43,803 nt of DNA from a phage. Positions 26,457 through 35,420 of the stretch are shown piece after piece. The stretch lies in NCBI GenBank assembly GCA_018167155.1, contig GCA_018167155.1_4332.1. One strand, written 5' to 3'. Each line of letters starts with the position of its first letter. Positions within the stretch are counted from its first letter, which is position 1. The notes under the pieces are model-generated. The model was not told the DNA's origin, ran no database searches, and was given only the letters and a program-made list of their open reading frames with translations. Made by a program: the position numbers and the translations under genes.

Positions 26457-26782
26457 TGATTTCTACCTTCAAAGATTGCTTCTAAGCCCATGATAATGTC
26501 TATCTCGAACAGGCTAAGCTGTTTTTGCGTAACATCGAGATAGGCTTTCAGGTCTTGCCACGTAACGGATTCTCTTGCAAACAATACTACAGCGTCCTCG
26601 CGCACGTGTCGCGTAAACTTAATGTCGCAATACGTCTCAAAGGTGGATATAAAAAGGGGCGGGCATTCTGGCCCACCCCGTCGCGCTGCACGTTTTTTCT
26701 TATCGATTACACCCATCGCGATAAGCGCCTGTTCGTGCCCGTCAGCTATAGAATCAAACTCTCTGATTTTATGCTTATCCAC
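26450..26782 (-). CDS. Tail assembly chaperone, gpT-like frameshift extension
   Basis: 110 aa ORF in the -1 frame relative to the upstream G-like gene; that frame stays open upstream across the G stop. Confidence 0.5.
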   Translation of the reverse strand: MDKHKIREFDSIADGHEQALIAMGVIDKKKRAARRGGPECPPLFISTFETYCDIKFTRHVREDAVVLFARESVTWQDLKAYLDVTQKQLSLFEIDIIMGLEAIFEGRNHG

Positions 26783-26814
26783 AAACTCGTAGGTGGCGAA
26801 CCTGTACAGCGCGT

Positions 26815-27231
26815 CTACTTTTCCTGTAATGCTTTGCGCTCAGCGTTATGGAACGCAGCTACCTGTGTGCCTAATGCCTTGAACTGGTCGAGCAACTTGT
26901 TAAACGCTTCCTTAGAGAAGGGCTCATCAAAGCTCCAGCCGTTTACAACTTCTGCTGCAAGTTGCCGGTTGAGGTCTTCCGCCAGTTCGTTAACCGCCAG
27001 GTTATATTCAGTATAGTCGCCGGTTTCTTTGGCGGCTTTTTCCAGTTCTTCAAAACGCGCCAGTCCGCGACGGTACGCGATAATGAAAGCACGCCCCGCT
27101 TTAACGGCGACATCCGCATCCGGGCTTACAACATTAAGCCATTCCCCCGAGTCTTCACCATTCGGCAGGAGAATCGGCATCTTCTTGCCTACCAGCGCTT
27201 TCTCTTCGAAATAAAAATCAGAAAGTTTCAT
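26815..27231 (-). CDS. Tail assembly chaperone (gpG-like)
   Basis: 138 aa acidic protein just upstream of the tape measure gene; candidate slippery site GGAAAAG before its stop. Confidence 0.6.
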   Translation of the reverse strand: MKLSDFYFEEKALVGKKMPILLPNGEDSGEWLNVVSPDADVAVKAGRAFIIAYRRGLARFEELEKAAKETGDYTEYNLAVNELAEDLNRQLAAEVVNGWSFDEPFSKEAFNKLLDQFKALGTQVAAFHNAERKALQEK

Positions 27232-27338
27232 TCTTTAATCCTTTGGTTAAGAGGTTACAGGTTAAGGAAAATGCGCCAGACGGGAACCACCCGCTTTTCG
27301 TGTGCGACACTAGGCGCAAAATTATTCTATCACATTAC

Positions 27339-27367
27339 TTGCACACCCCAATATAATAGGGTACTAT
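27339..27367 (+). promoter_or_regulatory. Sigma70-like promoter TTGCAC-N17-TACTAT with AATAG-N4-CTATT palindrome
   Basis: TTGCAC 27339-27344, TACTAT 27362-27367, palindrome AATAGGGTACTATT at about 27355-27368. Confidence 0.6.
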
Positions 27368-27396
27368 TCACTTACACCAACAATGAGGGGTTTAAA

Positions 27397-27588
27397 ATGT
27401 CAAGTTTACCAGTTTCCTTAATCCTGTTTGCACTTCTCGCCTATTTCGCACCTTTCCTGGTTGCATATTTCCGTAACCATAAAGCGAAGTTGGCGATATT
27501 CATGGCCAACCTGTTTCTCTGTTGGGTTCTGCTGCCGTGGGTATTTATTTTAATCTGGGCGTGCAACTCGAATGTTAACGAGAAGTGA
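27397..27588 (+). CDS. Superinfection immunity (Imm-like) small membrane protein
   Basis: 63 aa; YFAPFLVAYFRNHKAKLAIFMANLFLCWVLLPWVFILIWA matches the Imm_superinfect pattern as I recall it. Track ORF 26962..27588 is a longer frame; the ATG at 27397 follows SD GAGGGG. Confidence 0.55.
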   Translation: MSSLPVSLILFALLAYFAPFLVAYFRNHKAKLAIFMANLFLCWVLLPWVFILIWACNSNVNEK

Positions 27589-27626
27589 GCTAGTATAGGA
27601 CAAATCCTAAACACGAGGAAGTAAGC

Positions 27627-28757
27627 ATGGCCCGTAAGAAAATAACCGACGAACAGTTACAGGAAGAATTGAACGCCGGAATGAAGAATATCGATATAGC
27701 CCGTAAATACGGCATCTCAGACCGCGTTATTCGTATCCGTAAAGCGAAGCTGGCAAAGAAAGGCGTAGGCCACGGCCGCGACGTCAGCCACCTTGTACCG
27801 GACGGCTACAAGATTAAAGGCACGTCGTCACTGGTGGACGAGTTCGGCAACACTAAGCTGCAATGGGTTAAAACCGACACTGACGCCGAACGTCAGGTCG
27901 AGTTGATGAAAGCCGTAATCGAAGGCATGAAGTCAGAGATTACGCCGGTTGCGCCTGTTAAAGCTGCACGCGTCAAACGCGACGATAAACTACTCAATCT
28001 TTACACTGTATCTGATTTCCATCTCGGTATGCTGGCCTGGGCCGACGAGAGCGGCGACGACTGGGATATGAAAATCGCGGAAGACCTGTTCTCTCGTTGG
28101 TTCGACGCGGCGTTTCAGAAAGCGCCAGATGCAGGAACAGGGGTTATTAACCTGCTGGGCGACTTCGCGCACTTCGATAGTCTGGATGCCGTTACCCCCG
28201 AGTCGCGTCATGTGTTGGACGCAGACACTCGCTACCAGAAACTGGTGCGCTACATGATTCGTATGGTGCGCCGTGTTGTTGATATGGCGCTGGTTAAGCA
28301 TAAAAATGTCCGCTTGCTCATCGTGCAAGGGAACCACGACGAGAGCGGAATGATTTGGTTGGCTGAGATGTTTAGCACTCTGTACGACAACGAGCCGCGT
28401 GTGTTCGTCGATACGTCGCCGGATGTGTACAAGATGGTGCAACACGGCAAAACGACATTGTTCTTTACCCACGGACATAAAGCGCGCTTCGACGCTATCG
28501 AACCGGTTATGATTGCCAAGTTCCGCAAAGCGTTTGGTGAGAGCGTTTACAGCTACGCCCACGTAGGACACCTACACCATCAGAAGATTGTAGAAAGCCG
28601 TAATATGATTGTTGAGCAACACCGCACCTTAGCGGCTAAAGACGCCTACGCCTCCCGCGGCGGATGGATGTCAAGCCGCAGTGCAAACGTAATTACTTAT
28701 AGCGCCGAATATGGCGAGGTTGCACGTTTAACTATTTCACCGGAGATGCTGGGATGA
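27627..28757 (+). CDS. Calcineurin-like metallophosphoesterase with N-terminal HTH-like domain
   Basis: 376 aa; ordered motifs SDFHLG (DxH), GDFAHFD (GD), QGNHDE (GNH[DE]), THGH, GHLHH (GHxH); N-terminal KNIDIARKYGISDRVIRIRK looks like an HTH. Confidence 0.65.
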   Translation: MARKKITDEQLQEELNAGMKNIDIARKYGISDRVIRIRKAKLAKKGVGHGRDVSHLVPDGYKIKGTSSLVDEFGNTKLQWVKTDTDAERQVELMKAVIEGMKSEITPVAPVKAARVKRDDKLLNLYTVSDFHLGMLAWADESGDDWDMKIAEDLFSRWFDAAFQKAPDAGTGVINLLGDFAHFDSLDAVTPESRHVLDADTRYQKLVRYMIRMVRRVVDMALVKHKNVRLLIVQGNHDESGMIWLAEMFSTLYDNEPRVFVDTSPDVYKMVQHGKTTLFFTHGHKARFDAIEPVMIAKFRKAFGESVYSYAHVGHLHHQKIVESRNMIVEQHRTLAAKDAYASRGGWMSSRSANVITYSAEYGEVARLTISPEMLG

Positions 28758-28984
28758 CTTCAAAATACAACCGAACAATGACAAACACTCACGGCAGCAC
28801 TATGACCGTAGACGTTTACGATGTTCTCCGTGCATTCGACATCCGTGACCCCGCACTACAGCACGCATTGAAGAAACTATTGTGTATGGGTCTTCGCGGG
28901 CACAAGGACACCGGAACCGACTTAGCGGAAGCAATTGAAAGTCTGGAGAAGTTACGAGAGTACCGTAGTAATATAGATGAGTAA
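28754..28984 (+). CDS. Hypothetical protein
   Basis: 76 aa, ATGA-coupled to the phosphoesterase gene. Confidence 0.45.
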   Translation: MTSKYNRTMTNTHGSTMTVDVYDVLRAFDIRDPALQHALKKLLCMGLRGHKDTGTDLAEAIESLEKLREYRSNIDE

Positions 28985-28991
28985 GAATGTA

Positions 28992-29150
28992 ATGAAAACA
29001 ATATACGTAATCCGCGTATATGACGAAGAATGGGATGAGTGGGTTGGTATTTATGCTGTTGGTAGTAAGGAAGAGGCCTCGAAAGAAATGACAGAACGTA
29101 GTAACCGAGGTCAGTTAACTAACTTCTATGAAATGCCATTCAAAAGTGAG
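28992..29150 (+). CDS. Hypothetical small protein (hand-called, 52 aa)
   Basis: Reads MKTIYVIRVYDEEWDEWVGIYAVGSKEEASKEMTERSNRGQLTNFYEMPFKSE; ends 5 nt before the terminator. Confidence 0.3.
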
Positions 29151-29154
29151 TGAG

Positions 29155-29183
29155 AAAAGGCCCCGTTAGGGGCCTTAGTTTTA
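29155..29183. terminator. Bidirectional terminator (strong on minus strand after the tail tube gene)
   Basis: AAAAGGCCCC-GTTA-GGGGCCTT-AGTTTTA, a near-identical copy of the element at 17224. Confidence 0.7.
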
Positions 29184-30353
29184 GGCGTAACTAATACGCT
29201 GGATGACAATAGATGACTGGTACTGGTTGCCTGTGGACTGCCCTTCTATACTTTGAGTAATTGATTCCGGACCAGATATTTCTGGTGTAACAGCCGTAAG
29301 TTCGGCGCGTTTCAAACTGAAAGACATAGCCCCGTTTACCCCAGCCAGAATAGAGTTAATCTCTACCTGCTGTTCGTTGATAAACTTCTGAATCATAGCC
29401 ATATCGTACAGCTTACCGGAGATGGAGAAGGTGTTAGCTGCGCGGCTACGTTCCACAAACGCAACGTTAGAGTTGCCGAGTTCGAACTGTGCGGACGCGC
29501 TGTTGTCGTTGGTGATGGTAAGGCTATCGCAACGCAACGGGGTAGAACCGTCGAACACAGAAACGTCGACCGAGGAGAACGGCTCATCACCAAACGTAAC
29601 GGAAGAGAAGTCAGAACCAGACGGCGCCGCGGTGAGAATCTCCTGGCTGCGACCGATGAACGGGAAGCTGCCCGTTACCATCGCGTTAACGGCCTGCTCA
29701 ACGGTAAAACCAGAAACTTCCACGCCTTTGGTTAACGTGTACGCGTCAGTCCCGCCGCACTGGCCTTTGTACCAGGTGAGGATAGAGAACGTCTTACACG
29801 CGTTACCAGTTTCCAGTTTGTCGCCGGTCTTAGCCGCAGTAGTGGCAGTCTCTGTGGTGAGGGTGTGCTGAATGCCCGCACCGGTAACTACCAGTGCCTC
29901 TACCGAGGTAACGATAAACGGTTTTGCGTTGTCGCCCGTCAAGTCGGTAAACGCAATCAGGTCACCCACTTCAACGCCGTCAGTAATGAAGCTGCCATCA
30001 GCACGAGTGAACGTCTTGCCCGCCGGTGCGACGGTAATCGATAGACTGGACAGGGAAACACCGGATTGCCACGTAGAGCCTAAAGCACCCGCCAGCCAGT
30101 CGTCCTGGCTTTTCGAGCTAAGCTCGATCGCGTATTCACCGCTAACCTGTTTGTTACCGGTGCGGATGGATGTAGTCTCACGGCTGCCGTCCAGTTCGTT
30201 GGATGTCAGCGTGTCTCGGGTAATAGCAGGAACGCCACCTGTGTTACGCAACGGCGACCATACCGGGTTAGTCGGTGTTACGCCCGGGGTGACTTCCGCC
30301 ACATAGAATTGCGCGGTAGTCGCGCCCTTAAAAGGAGTTGTAGCCATATTCAC
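29181..30353 (-). CDS. Major tail (tube) protein
   Basis: 390 aa Thr/Ser/Gly-rich protein upstream of the chaperone and tape measure genes, followed by a strong terminator. Confidence 0.65.
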   Translation of the reverse strand: MNMATTPFKGATTAQFYVAEVTPGVTPTNPVWSPLRNTGGVPAITRDTLTSNELDGSRETTSIRTGNKQVSGEYAIELSSKSQDDWLAGALGSTWQSGVSLSSLSITVAPAGKTFTRADGSFITDGVEVGDLIAFTDLTGDNAKPFIVTSVEALVVTGAGIQHTLTTETATTAAKTGDKLETGNACKTFSILTWYKGQCGGTDAYTLTKGVEVSGFTVEQAVNAMVTGSFPFIGRSQEILTAAPSGSDFSSVTFGDEPFSSVDVSVFDGSTPLRCDSLTITNDNSASAQFELGNSNVAFVERSRAANTFSISGKLYDMAMIQKFINEQQVEINSILAGVNGAMSFSLKRAELTAVTPEISGPESITQSIEGQSTGNQYQSSIVIQRISYA

Positions 30354-30763
30354 AGCCTCTTGGTGAATGCAATAAAGTTAATTGACAATGGTCTTTTGGC
30401 CCATCCGTTTTCTACAATCAGCGGCCCCAGGCTAACCGATTGAACCTCGGCGCAGATGTCGTTACGTGAAAATGACTTACCTGCTTTAAACGCCGTGTTA
30501 AGTAAGTCTGCCATTTTATTGATTGGCGCGCTACCTTTCACCGATGCGTAGTTAATATCCACCTGATAGACGCCAGAGCGTTGTTCCGTGAAGAATAAGT
30601 CAGCCTGCTCGGTATCCGCCAGCAACATGTAACTTGCCAGATACGGCGTATCTGTTGACGTCGGCGCGTCGATGTTTTCAAGCGCTACCTTGATGCCGTT
30701 GGTTGTTCCGAAGGATACCAGCGGCACGTCAAACGCTTTTGTTAAGTCCTCAAAGTAGCCCAT
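30350..30763 (-). CDS. Tail terminator / tail completion protein (by position)
   Basis: 137 aa immediately upstream of the tail tube gene, ATGA-coupled. Confidence 0.4.
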   Translation of the reverse strand: MGYFEDLTKAFDVPLVSFGTTNGIKVALENIDAPTSTDTPYLASYMLLADTEQADLFFTEQRSGVYQVDINYASVKGSAPINKMADLLNTAFKAGKSFSRNDICAEVQSVSLGPLIVENGWAKRPLSINFIAFTKRL

Positions 30764-31158
30764 TATTTCACCTTGTTGGCTTCTTCGTTAATTAGTTGCT
30801 GGAAGCGGGACACGTTAGTCCTGACCATCCCGGCGGGGGCCTGTTGTGACCAACCGTACTCCAGCCGTTGCGCATACGGCAGGTTATTAGTCAGCGTGAA
30901 CTCGCGCCAGTCGGTGTCTTTCAGTACGAAACTTGTAGCGTTTCCGATAGCTATGTTTCCCGATTTATCGGTGGCGTCTGTAGTTCCGGAGGAAGGGGCG
31001 CTGCCAGACGCCATCCAGTTCATACGAAAGCGACCCGTATCTACCGGACTCGCCTTTATAATAGCGGAAAACAGCTTGATAGACACCTGACGCATCACCT
31101 TCTCAGGGTTCTTCTTCGCCTTTTCCACGAACTTAGAGACATCAAGCGCAAAACTCAT
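30763..31158 (-). CDS. HK97 gp10-like neck / tail completion protein
   Basis: 131 aa; PVDTGRFRMNWMAS resembles the DTGxLRxSW core of the HK97 gp10 family. Confidence 0.5.
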   Translation of the reverse strand: MSFALDVSKFVEKAKKNPEKVMRQVSIKLFSAIIKASPVDTGRFRMNWMASGSAPSSGTTDATDKSGNIAIGNATSFVLKDTDWREFTLTNNLPYAQRLEYGWSQQAPAGMVRTNVSRFQQLINEEANKVK

Positions 31159-31514
31159 TTTCTCACCTGAATAAAGTAGGCCACGACATCATCGTTAACC
31201 ATCTTCTTCTCAATGGCTACGACAGACCATTGCTCGCCACCGTATTGTACCTTGTCTTCCATCTTAGGAACGACGCTGCAATCGGCTTTAACAATCATGT
31301 CCCCCGCCTGAATCGTCGTACCGTTCACCAGTCCAGCGTTTACCGGAACCGGAACAGCCTTCAACGGCAACACTTCATCCGCAGACCAGACGTACTCCCC
31401 CAGAACTTCATCCCACACTTTCGAGCCAGCGCGAACCAGAGATACCGTGCTACCGAATTTGGTTAACAGGCGCGTACCTACGCCTTGCATACGTTTACTG
31501 AAAGCGGTGCTCAT
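31155..31514 (-). CDS. Head closure / head-tail joining protein (by position)
   Basis: ORF track 31155..31568; internal ATG at 31514 abuts the upstream stop. Confidence 0.4.
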   Translation of the reverse strand: MSTAFSKRMQGVGTRLLTKFGSTVSLVRAGSKVWDEVLGEYVWSADEVLPLKAVPVPVNAGLVNGTTIQAGDMIVKADCSVVPKMEDKVQYGGEQWSVVAIEKKMVNDDVVAYFIQVRK

Positions 31515-32128
31515 CAGGCGGCCTCCAGTCTCGAGATAACCAGTAGCGCAGATGGCGCGGTACCCCATGAGGTTACAGTAGCTGCTTGTGGGTATACTCC
31601 GCCGAAGTCACTCCCGGCGCTGTCCCGCATAATCTGAACGGCAAAAGTCTGGCCTGCGGTCGTGTTAATAACAACGCGAGACTCAATCGGGATTGTCATG
31701 TCGGCGCTGACTAGTTTTGTAGCTGCGGGAGAGCCGTACTGGGCACCGTTCAGGAGAATGCGTGATAGCAGGATAGAGGTCCCGCTGGCCCCTGTGCGGC
31801 CCGCCTGTAACTTGACGCGAACGGCATAGCTACCCGCTGTGTTGAACGTAACCAGCCCCGCGGCATTAATCATCACGGGGTCAGATGCGCTTCCCTGAGC
31901 AGAGCCGAACGATACCTGCAACGCCGTGTCCACTGCGGTAGGCGCTTGTGCCACGGTTGCCGCGGCACGGAGAACCTCAACCTCTTTCACCCCAGGAGTG
32001 GCGTAAATAGGTGAGTCCGCCATCTGAGTCATTACCTCGCGTAGCTTCGCGGGTGTAATAGCTCCGGTGGTGTTATCTGGGAGATTCGCACCGATAAGAG
32101 TAAACATCTCTGTTTTAGTCTTCGCCAT
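31514..32128 (-). CDS. Virion structural protein, hypothetical
   Basis: 204 aa Ala/Thr/Gly-rich protein in the neck region. Confidence 0.45.
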   Translation of the reverse strand: MAKTKTEMFTLIGANLPDNTTGAITPAKLREVMTQMADSPIYATPGVKEVEVLRAAATVAQAPTAVDTALQVSFGSAQGSASDPVMINAAGLVTFNTAGSYAVRVKLQAGRTGASGTSILLSRILLNGAQYGSPAATKLVSADMTIPIESRVVINTTAGQTFAVQIMRDSAGSDFGGVYPQAATVTSWGTAPSALLVISRLEAA

Positions 32129-32130
32129 TT

Positions 32131-32643
32131 TTAACCCCGGTACACGTTAAATGAGAAGCCATTATTAAGACCACCACACAATAAAGGGCGCAAAGCGTCG
32201 TCCGCAGCGGTAATCGCGGTTGTAGAGCCACTGTTGCCGTTATTGAAGTAGGTAACTGTTACCGCACTCTCGACACGCTCAGTCTGCACGGAACGACCGT
32301 CTGTGTTGGCCCGCACCTCAGTACCCGCACCATACGTAACGGCGGCGGTTACCTGCGCAAGAATTACCTGCTTCGGAATGACATTGTTCGCTACAGGGAA
32401 CCCATTTAATGTAACTCCGGTGCGCGGATACGCAAGAGACTGTTCGGCGGTTACACGACGACCGCACATCTGCGGTTCCGCAAGCCCAACATAAGTAGCA
32501 CCGTTGCGCAGGGCCACCTCTGCGGCTGTATCGTCTGCGGGTAGCTCCAGACCATAATTAGCCGCTAACGCGCGGGCGTCAGCCAGACTAATGTAGCTGT
32601 CAGCATTAAGTACGATTTCGCCCGTTTCCACGATTAGCGGCAT
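32131..32643 (-). CDS. Head-tail adaptor-like structural protein, hypothetical
   Basis: 170 aa; assignment by position only. Confidence 0.4.
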   Translation of the reverse strand: MPLIVETGEIVLNADSYISLADARALAANYGLELPADDTAAEVALRNGATYVGLAEPQMCGRRVTAEQSLAYPRTGVTLNGFPVANNVIPKQVILAQVTAAVTYGAGTEVRANTDGRSVQTERVESAVTVTYFNNGNSGSTTAITAADDALRPLLCGGLNNGFSFNVYRG

Positions 32644-32649
32644 AAATTA

Positions 32650-32826
32650 TTCCTCTGACTTACGGCGACGACGCTTAGTACCACCGCCGTTGTTGTGCGC
32701 TTCTTCGTTCTCCGGTTGGGCCGCAACCAGTTCATCCGCTTCTACCACACCGCGAACAGGCATTACCTGACCGTCAACAATATCGACGTGGGTGTACTTT
32801 TCGCGGATTACATAATTATCTGCCAT
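32650..32826 (-). CDS. Hypothetical small protein (hand-called, about 58 aa)
   Basis: ATG after AAGGAAAGG; reads MADNYVIREKYTHVDIVDGQVMPVRGVVEADELVAAQPENEEAHNNGGGTKRRRRKSEE. Confidence 0.3.
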
Positions 32827-32862
32827 GACCTTTCCTTATTACGGCCCCGAAGGGCCGTTGCA

Positions 32863-33213
32863 TTAAGACACAGTTGCTACGGTGCTGCTGGAGATAATAT
32901 TACCATACACATCGTGAACAACCACTTTATACGTGCCTGAATCTGCGGTAGTAGTGGACGCTTTAGCATAGGTAGCTGCGGTAGCTCCGTCGATAGCGTT
33001 GTTGTTCTTGTACCACTGGTAAGTGTACGGAGCCAGACCGCCAGTAACAACTACGGTCAGGGTCATAGTCTGCCCGGCTGTAACTGCTGTGGTAGCGTTC
33101 AGCGCGGTAGAAAAAGACGCTGGAGAGATGTTTGCCATGTCGATTTCAACCTGACCATCAGCAGGAGAATCGTCAGAAACTCCGGTAATACGACGTTTGA
33201 TTACATCAACCAT
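32863..33213 (-). CDS. Ig-like domain protein (possible head decoration)
   Basis: 116 aa; TMTLTVVVTGGLAPYTYQWYKNNNAI...SGTYKVVV is a bacterial Ig-like signature. Confidence 0.5.
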   Translation of the reverse strand: MVDVIKRRITGVSDDSPADGQVEIDMANISPASFSTALNATTAVTAGQTMTLTVVVTGGLAPYTYQWYKNNNAIDGATAATYAKASTTTADSGTYKVVVHDVYGNIISSSTVATVS

Positions 33214-33225
33214 TTTTAAGCTCCT

Positions 33226-33525
33226 TTAGCTTACAGTTCCTGCGTTTTTAAGCGCAGTCAACAGATCTGCTACGGTAGTGCGCAGCGCGATAACATCAGT
33301 TAGAAGTTTGTCGTACTCCGCTACAAGCGCATCGAACTCCGCCTTAGTCGGGTCCGTCGCGGCCTGAACTCCAGCAGCGGCGGTAATGGCGGCGGGTGCA
33401 GCCACAGTAGCTGACTTTTTAACGCCACCAACTACGCTGGTAGTGGCGGGAGTGACGGGGATATCAAAGTCGCCGAAATTGACATTCTGAAGGCTGCGCG
33501 GCAAGCCTTTTCCGGTCTTAGCCAT
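33226..33525 (-). CDS. Hypothetical structural protein
   Basis: 99 aa Ala/Thr-rich protein between the capsid and Ig-like genes. Confidence 0.45.
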   Translation of the reverse strand: MAKTGKGLPRSLQNVNFGDFDIPVTPATTSVVGGVKKSATVAAPAAITAAAGVQAATDPTKAEFDALVAEYDKLLTDVIALRTTVADLLTALKNAGTVS

Positions 33526-33584
33526 AATTTACCTCTTAGTAAATGAAAAGAGGGACCGAAGTCCCTCTCGATTATATCTTAACC

Positions 33585-34634
33585 TTAAGCACCGACACCA
33601 GTTACCAGGAAGGCAATCGGTACATGCTTACGGTCAACAACACGGTTCCAGTTAGAGGCGTTCGCCAGGTCCTGCCAGGAAGCGGAACGCGCAACAGTCT
33701 CGGTGCCGTTACCGGTGATTACCGCGCTGGTGAAGCTGTAACCAAACGGATGCAGCAACCAGGTCTTACGTGACCACAGGGTTTCAACACCACCACCGTT
33801 ACCACGAGACGCTTCATACTCATAGTGCAGCGGTTTGACCGGATTGCCTTCACCGTAACCGATAGCGCCGTTACCGAAGATGATAGAGATGAACTTGCGG
33901 CTACCACCGGAGCCAACTACGGTCATGCTGTCGTCGACAATAACGCGGTAGCCCTGGTAGGTGGCGAACAGGGTGTCGTTGTCGGCGTCTTTGATGAAGT
34001 CGATAAGCTGCTGCTTACGCGCCTGCGCATAAACGAAGCTGTGCATCGCGATAGCACCCAGCACTTCACCACCGTTATCCATCAGAGCATCACCCATAGT
34101 CTGGGTAGCGTCGATGAACGCGCCAGCGTCGAAGCCCAGAGTAGCGGACACGTCGATAACCATGTCATTCTGCTCGTGGTAAGCATCAGTAGCGGCTACG
34201 TTGTCATTGTACAGGCCGAGCGCGGTAGCAATCAGACGGCGCTGTGCCTGACGCTGCCAGAAGTTATCAAGACGGGACGCTACGGATTGCAGCGGGTTCT
34301 GGCTGGTGAGTTCAACAGTCAGGTCAGCCTGGCCAAAACCTTCGTTCAGGTACGCAACGCGGGCCATCATCTCACCAGTCTGCACATTACGCGGGGTGGC
34401 TATGTCCTGATACACATCGTTCGAGTAATTAGGCTCGATGGATGTGTCAATCGCTTTCCAGAAAGGAATGTTGGCGACGTTGGACGAGCCGCGAGCAATC
34501 TCTGCGGCGTACGGAGTCGGGGTCAGAATACCGGACTGGAAGAACGCGGTTTTTTCTACCGGGTCCTCGGTCATGTAAGACGCCAGGACCGGGATGTTGC
34601 CAGTTACGATATCGCCGATAGTGGTAATTGCCAT
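33585..34634 (-). CDS. Major capsid protein
   Basis: 349 aa directly downstream of the scaffold gene; SD GAGGAAATAATA; size and position fit an HK97-fold capsid protein. Confidence 0.75.
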   Translation of the reverse strand: MAITTIGDIVTGNIPVLASYMTEDPVEKTAFFQSGILTPTPYAAEIARGSSNVANIPFWKAIDTSIEPNYSNDVYQDIATPRNVQTGEMMARVAYLNEGFGQADLTVELTSQNPLQSVASRLDNFWQRQAQRRLIATALGLYNDNVAATDAYHEQNDMVIDVSATLGFDAGAFIDATQTMGDALMDNGGEVLGAIAMHSFVYAQARKQQLIDFIKDADNDTLFATYQGYRVIVDDSMTVVGSGGSRKFISIIFGNGAIGYGEGNPVKPLHYEYEASRGNGGGVETLWSRKTWLLHPFGYSFTSAVITGNGTETVARSASWQDLANASNWNRVVDRKHVPIAFLVTGVGA

Positions 34635-34636
34635 TA

Positions 34637-35338
34637 TTATTTCCTCAGGGCTTTAAGTTGCCGTTCAAATTCGGCAGGGTTCGATTTATACAGAGCTAAA
34701 CGCTCCGCTTCACTCATGTCTTTAAACGCTGGTGCGGCCCCGCCGCATTTGCCACCGGAAGCCCCGCCGCCGGAAGCTGCATTTGCTTTAATCAAATGCG
34801 AAAACGCTTTGTGTTCACGCAGGTATTTGCGGAACTGTTCCGGGTCAGTCGTGATTACGTTACCGTCTGCGCCAACAAACTTAGTAACCACATCATCACC
34901 TTCGAACTCAGTCTTAACGAACGGTGCAAGAATGTCCACTGCTTCCGGGGTGATAAAGTCGCCCGCGAAAGAGCCTAACACCGCTTTACGTTCGCTGCCG
35001 AGGATGCGCTCAGCCATTTTGGTGATGCGGCCATCTTTCTCGGCTAACACCGGGTCATACTGGCTACGAATCGTCTTTTCGAACTCGTCCATTTTACCAG
35101 CGGCTTTTAACGCCTCCTGGTGTGCACGTTGCCGTTCTTCTTCGGCCTCTTTTGCTTTGCGAGCGGCTTCTTTCTTCTCCGCCAGCAATGCTTCCTGATT
35201 GGCCTTAAGACCGGCAACTTCTTTCTCAATCAGCGCCTGAACTTCTTCAGCGGTGAACATTTTCGGAGCGTCACCGCCACCGGCTTTATCTTCTGCCCCA
35301 GCTTCTTCCTGGAACGGATAACGTAAAAAACGATTCAT
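34637..35338 (-). CDS. Capsid scaffolding protein
   Basis: ORF track 34637..35392; ATG at 35338. Highly charged coiled-coil sequence (EALLAEKKEAARKAKEAEEERQRAHQEALKAAG) immediately upstream of the capsid gene. Confidence 0.65.
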   Translation of the reverse strand: MNRFLRYPFQEEAGAEDKAGGGDAPKMFTAEEVQALIEKEVAGLKANQEALLAEKKEAARKAKEAEEERQRAHQEALKAAGKMDEFEKTIRSQYDPVLAEKDGRITKMAERILGSERKAVLGSFAGDFITPEAVDILAPFVKTEFEGDDVVTKFVGADGNVITTDPEQFRKYLREHKAFSHLIKANAASGGGASGGKCGGAAPAFKDMSEAERLALYKSNPAEFERQLKALRK

Positions 35339-35420
35339 AGTCAGTATGTCCCCTGGACGTTGGAACCCGGGCCACCCGGATTTACATGTCAAGAATAAAT
35401 TATTCCAACATGCAAGGCAA

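Noticed and set aside
24184-26472. TTG start at 26472 for the tape measure gene
   Set aside because: An ATG at 26456 with a GAAGG SD, adjacent to the stop of the T-like ORF, is the more plausible start.
33825-35198. 457-aa plus-strand ORF, the longest ORF in this region
   Set aside because: Entirely antisense to the major capsid and scaffold genes, which have ribosome-binding sites and expected synteny; low-complexity Ser/Ala/Arg-rich translation and no start context. Treated as a GC-rich antisense artefact.
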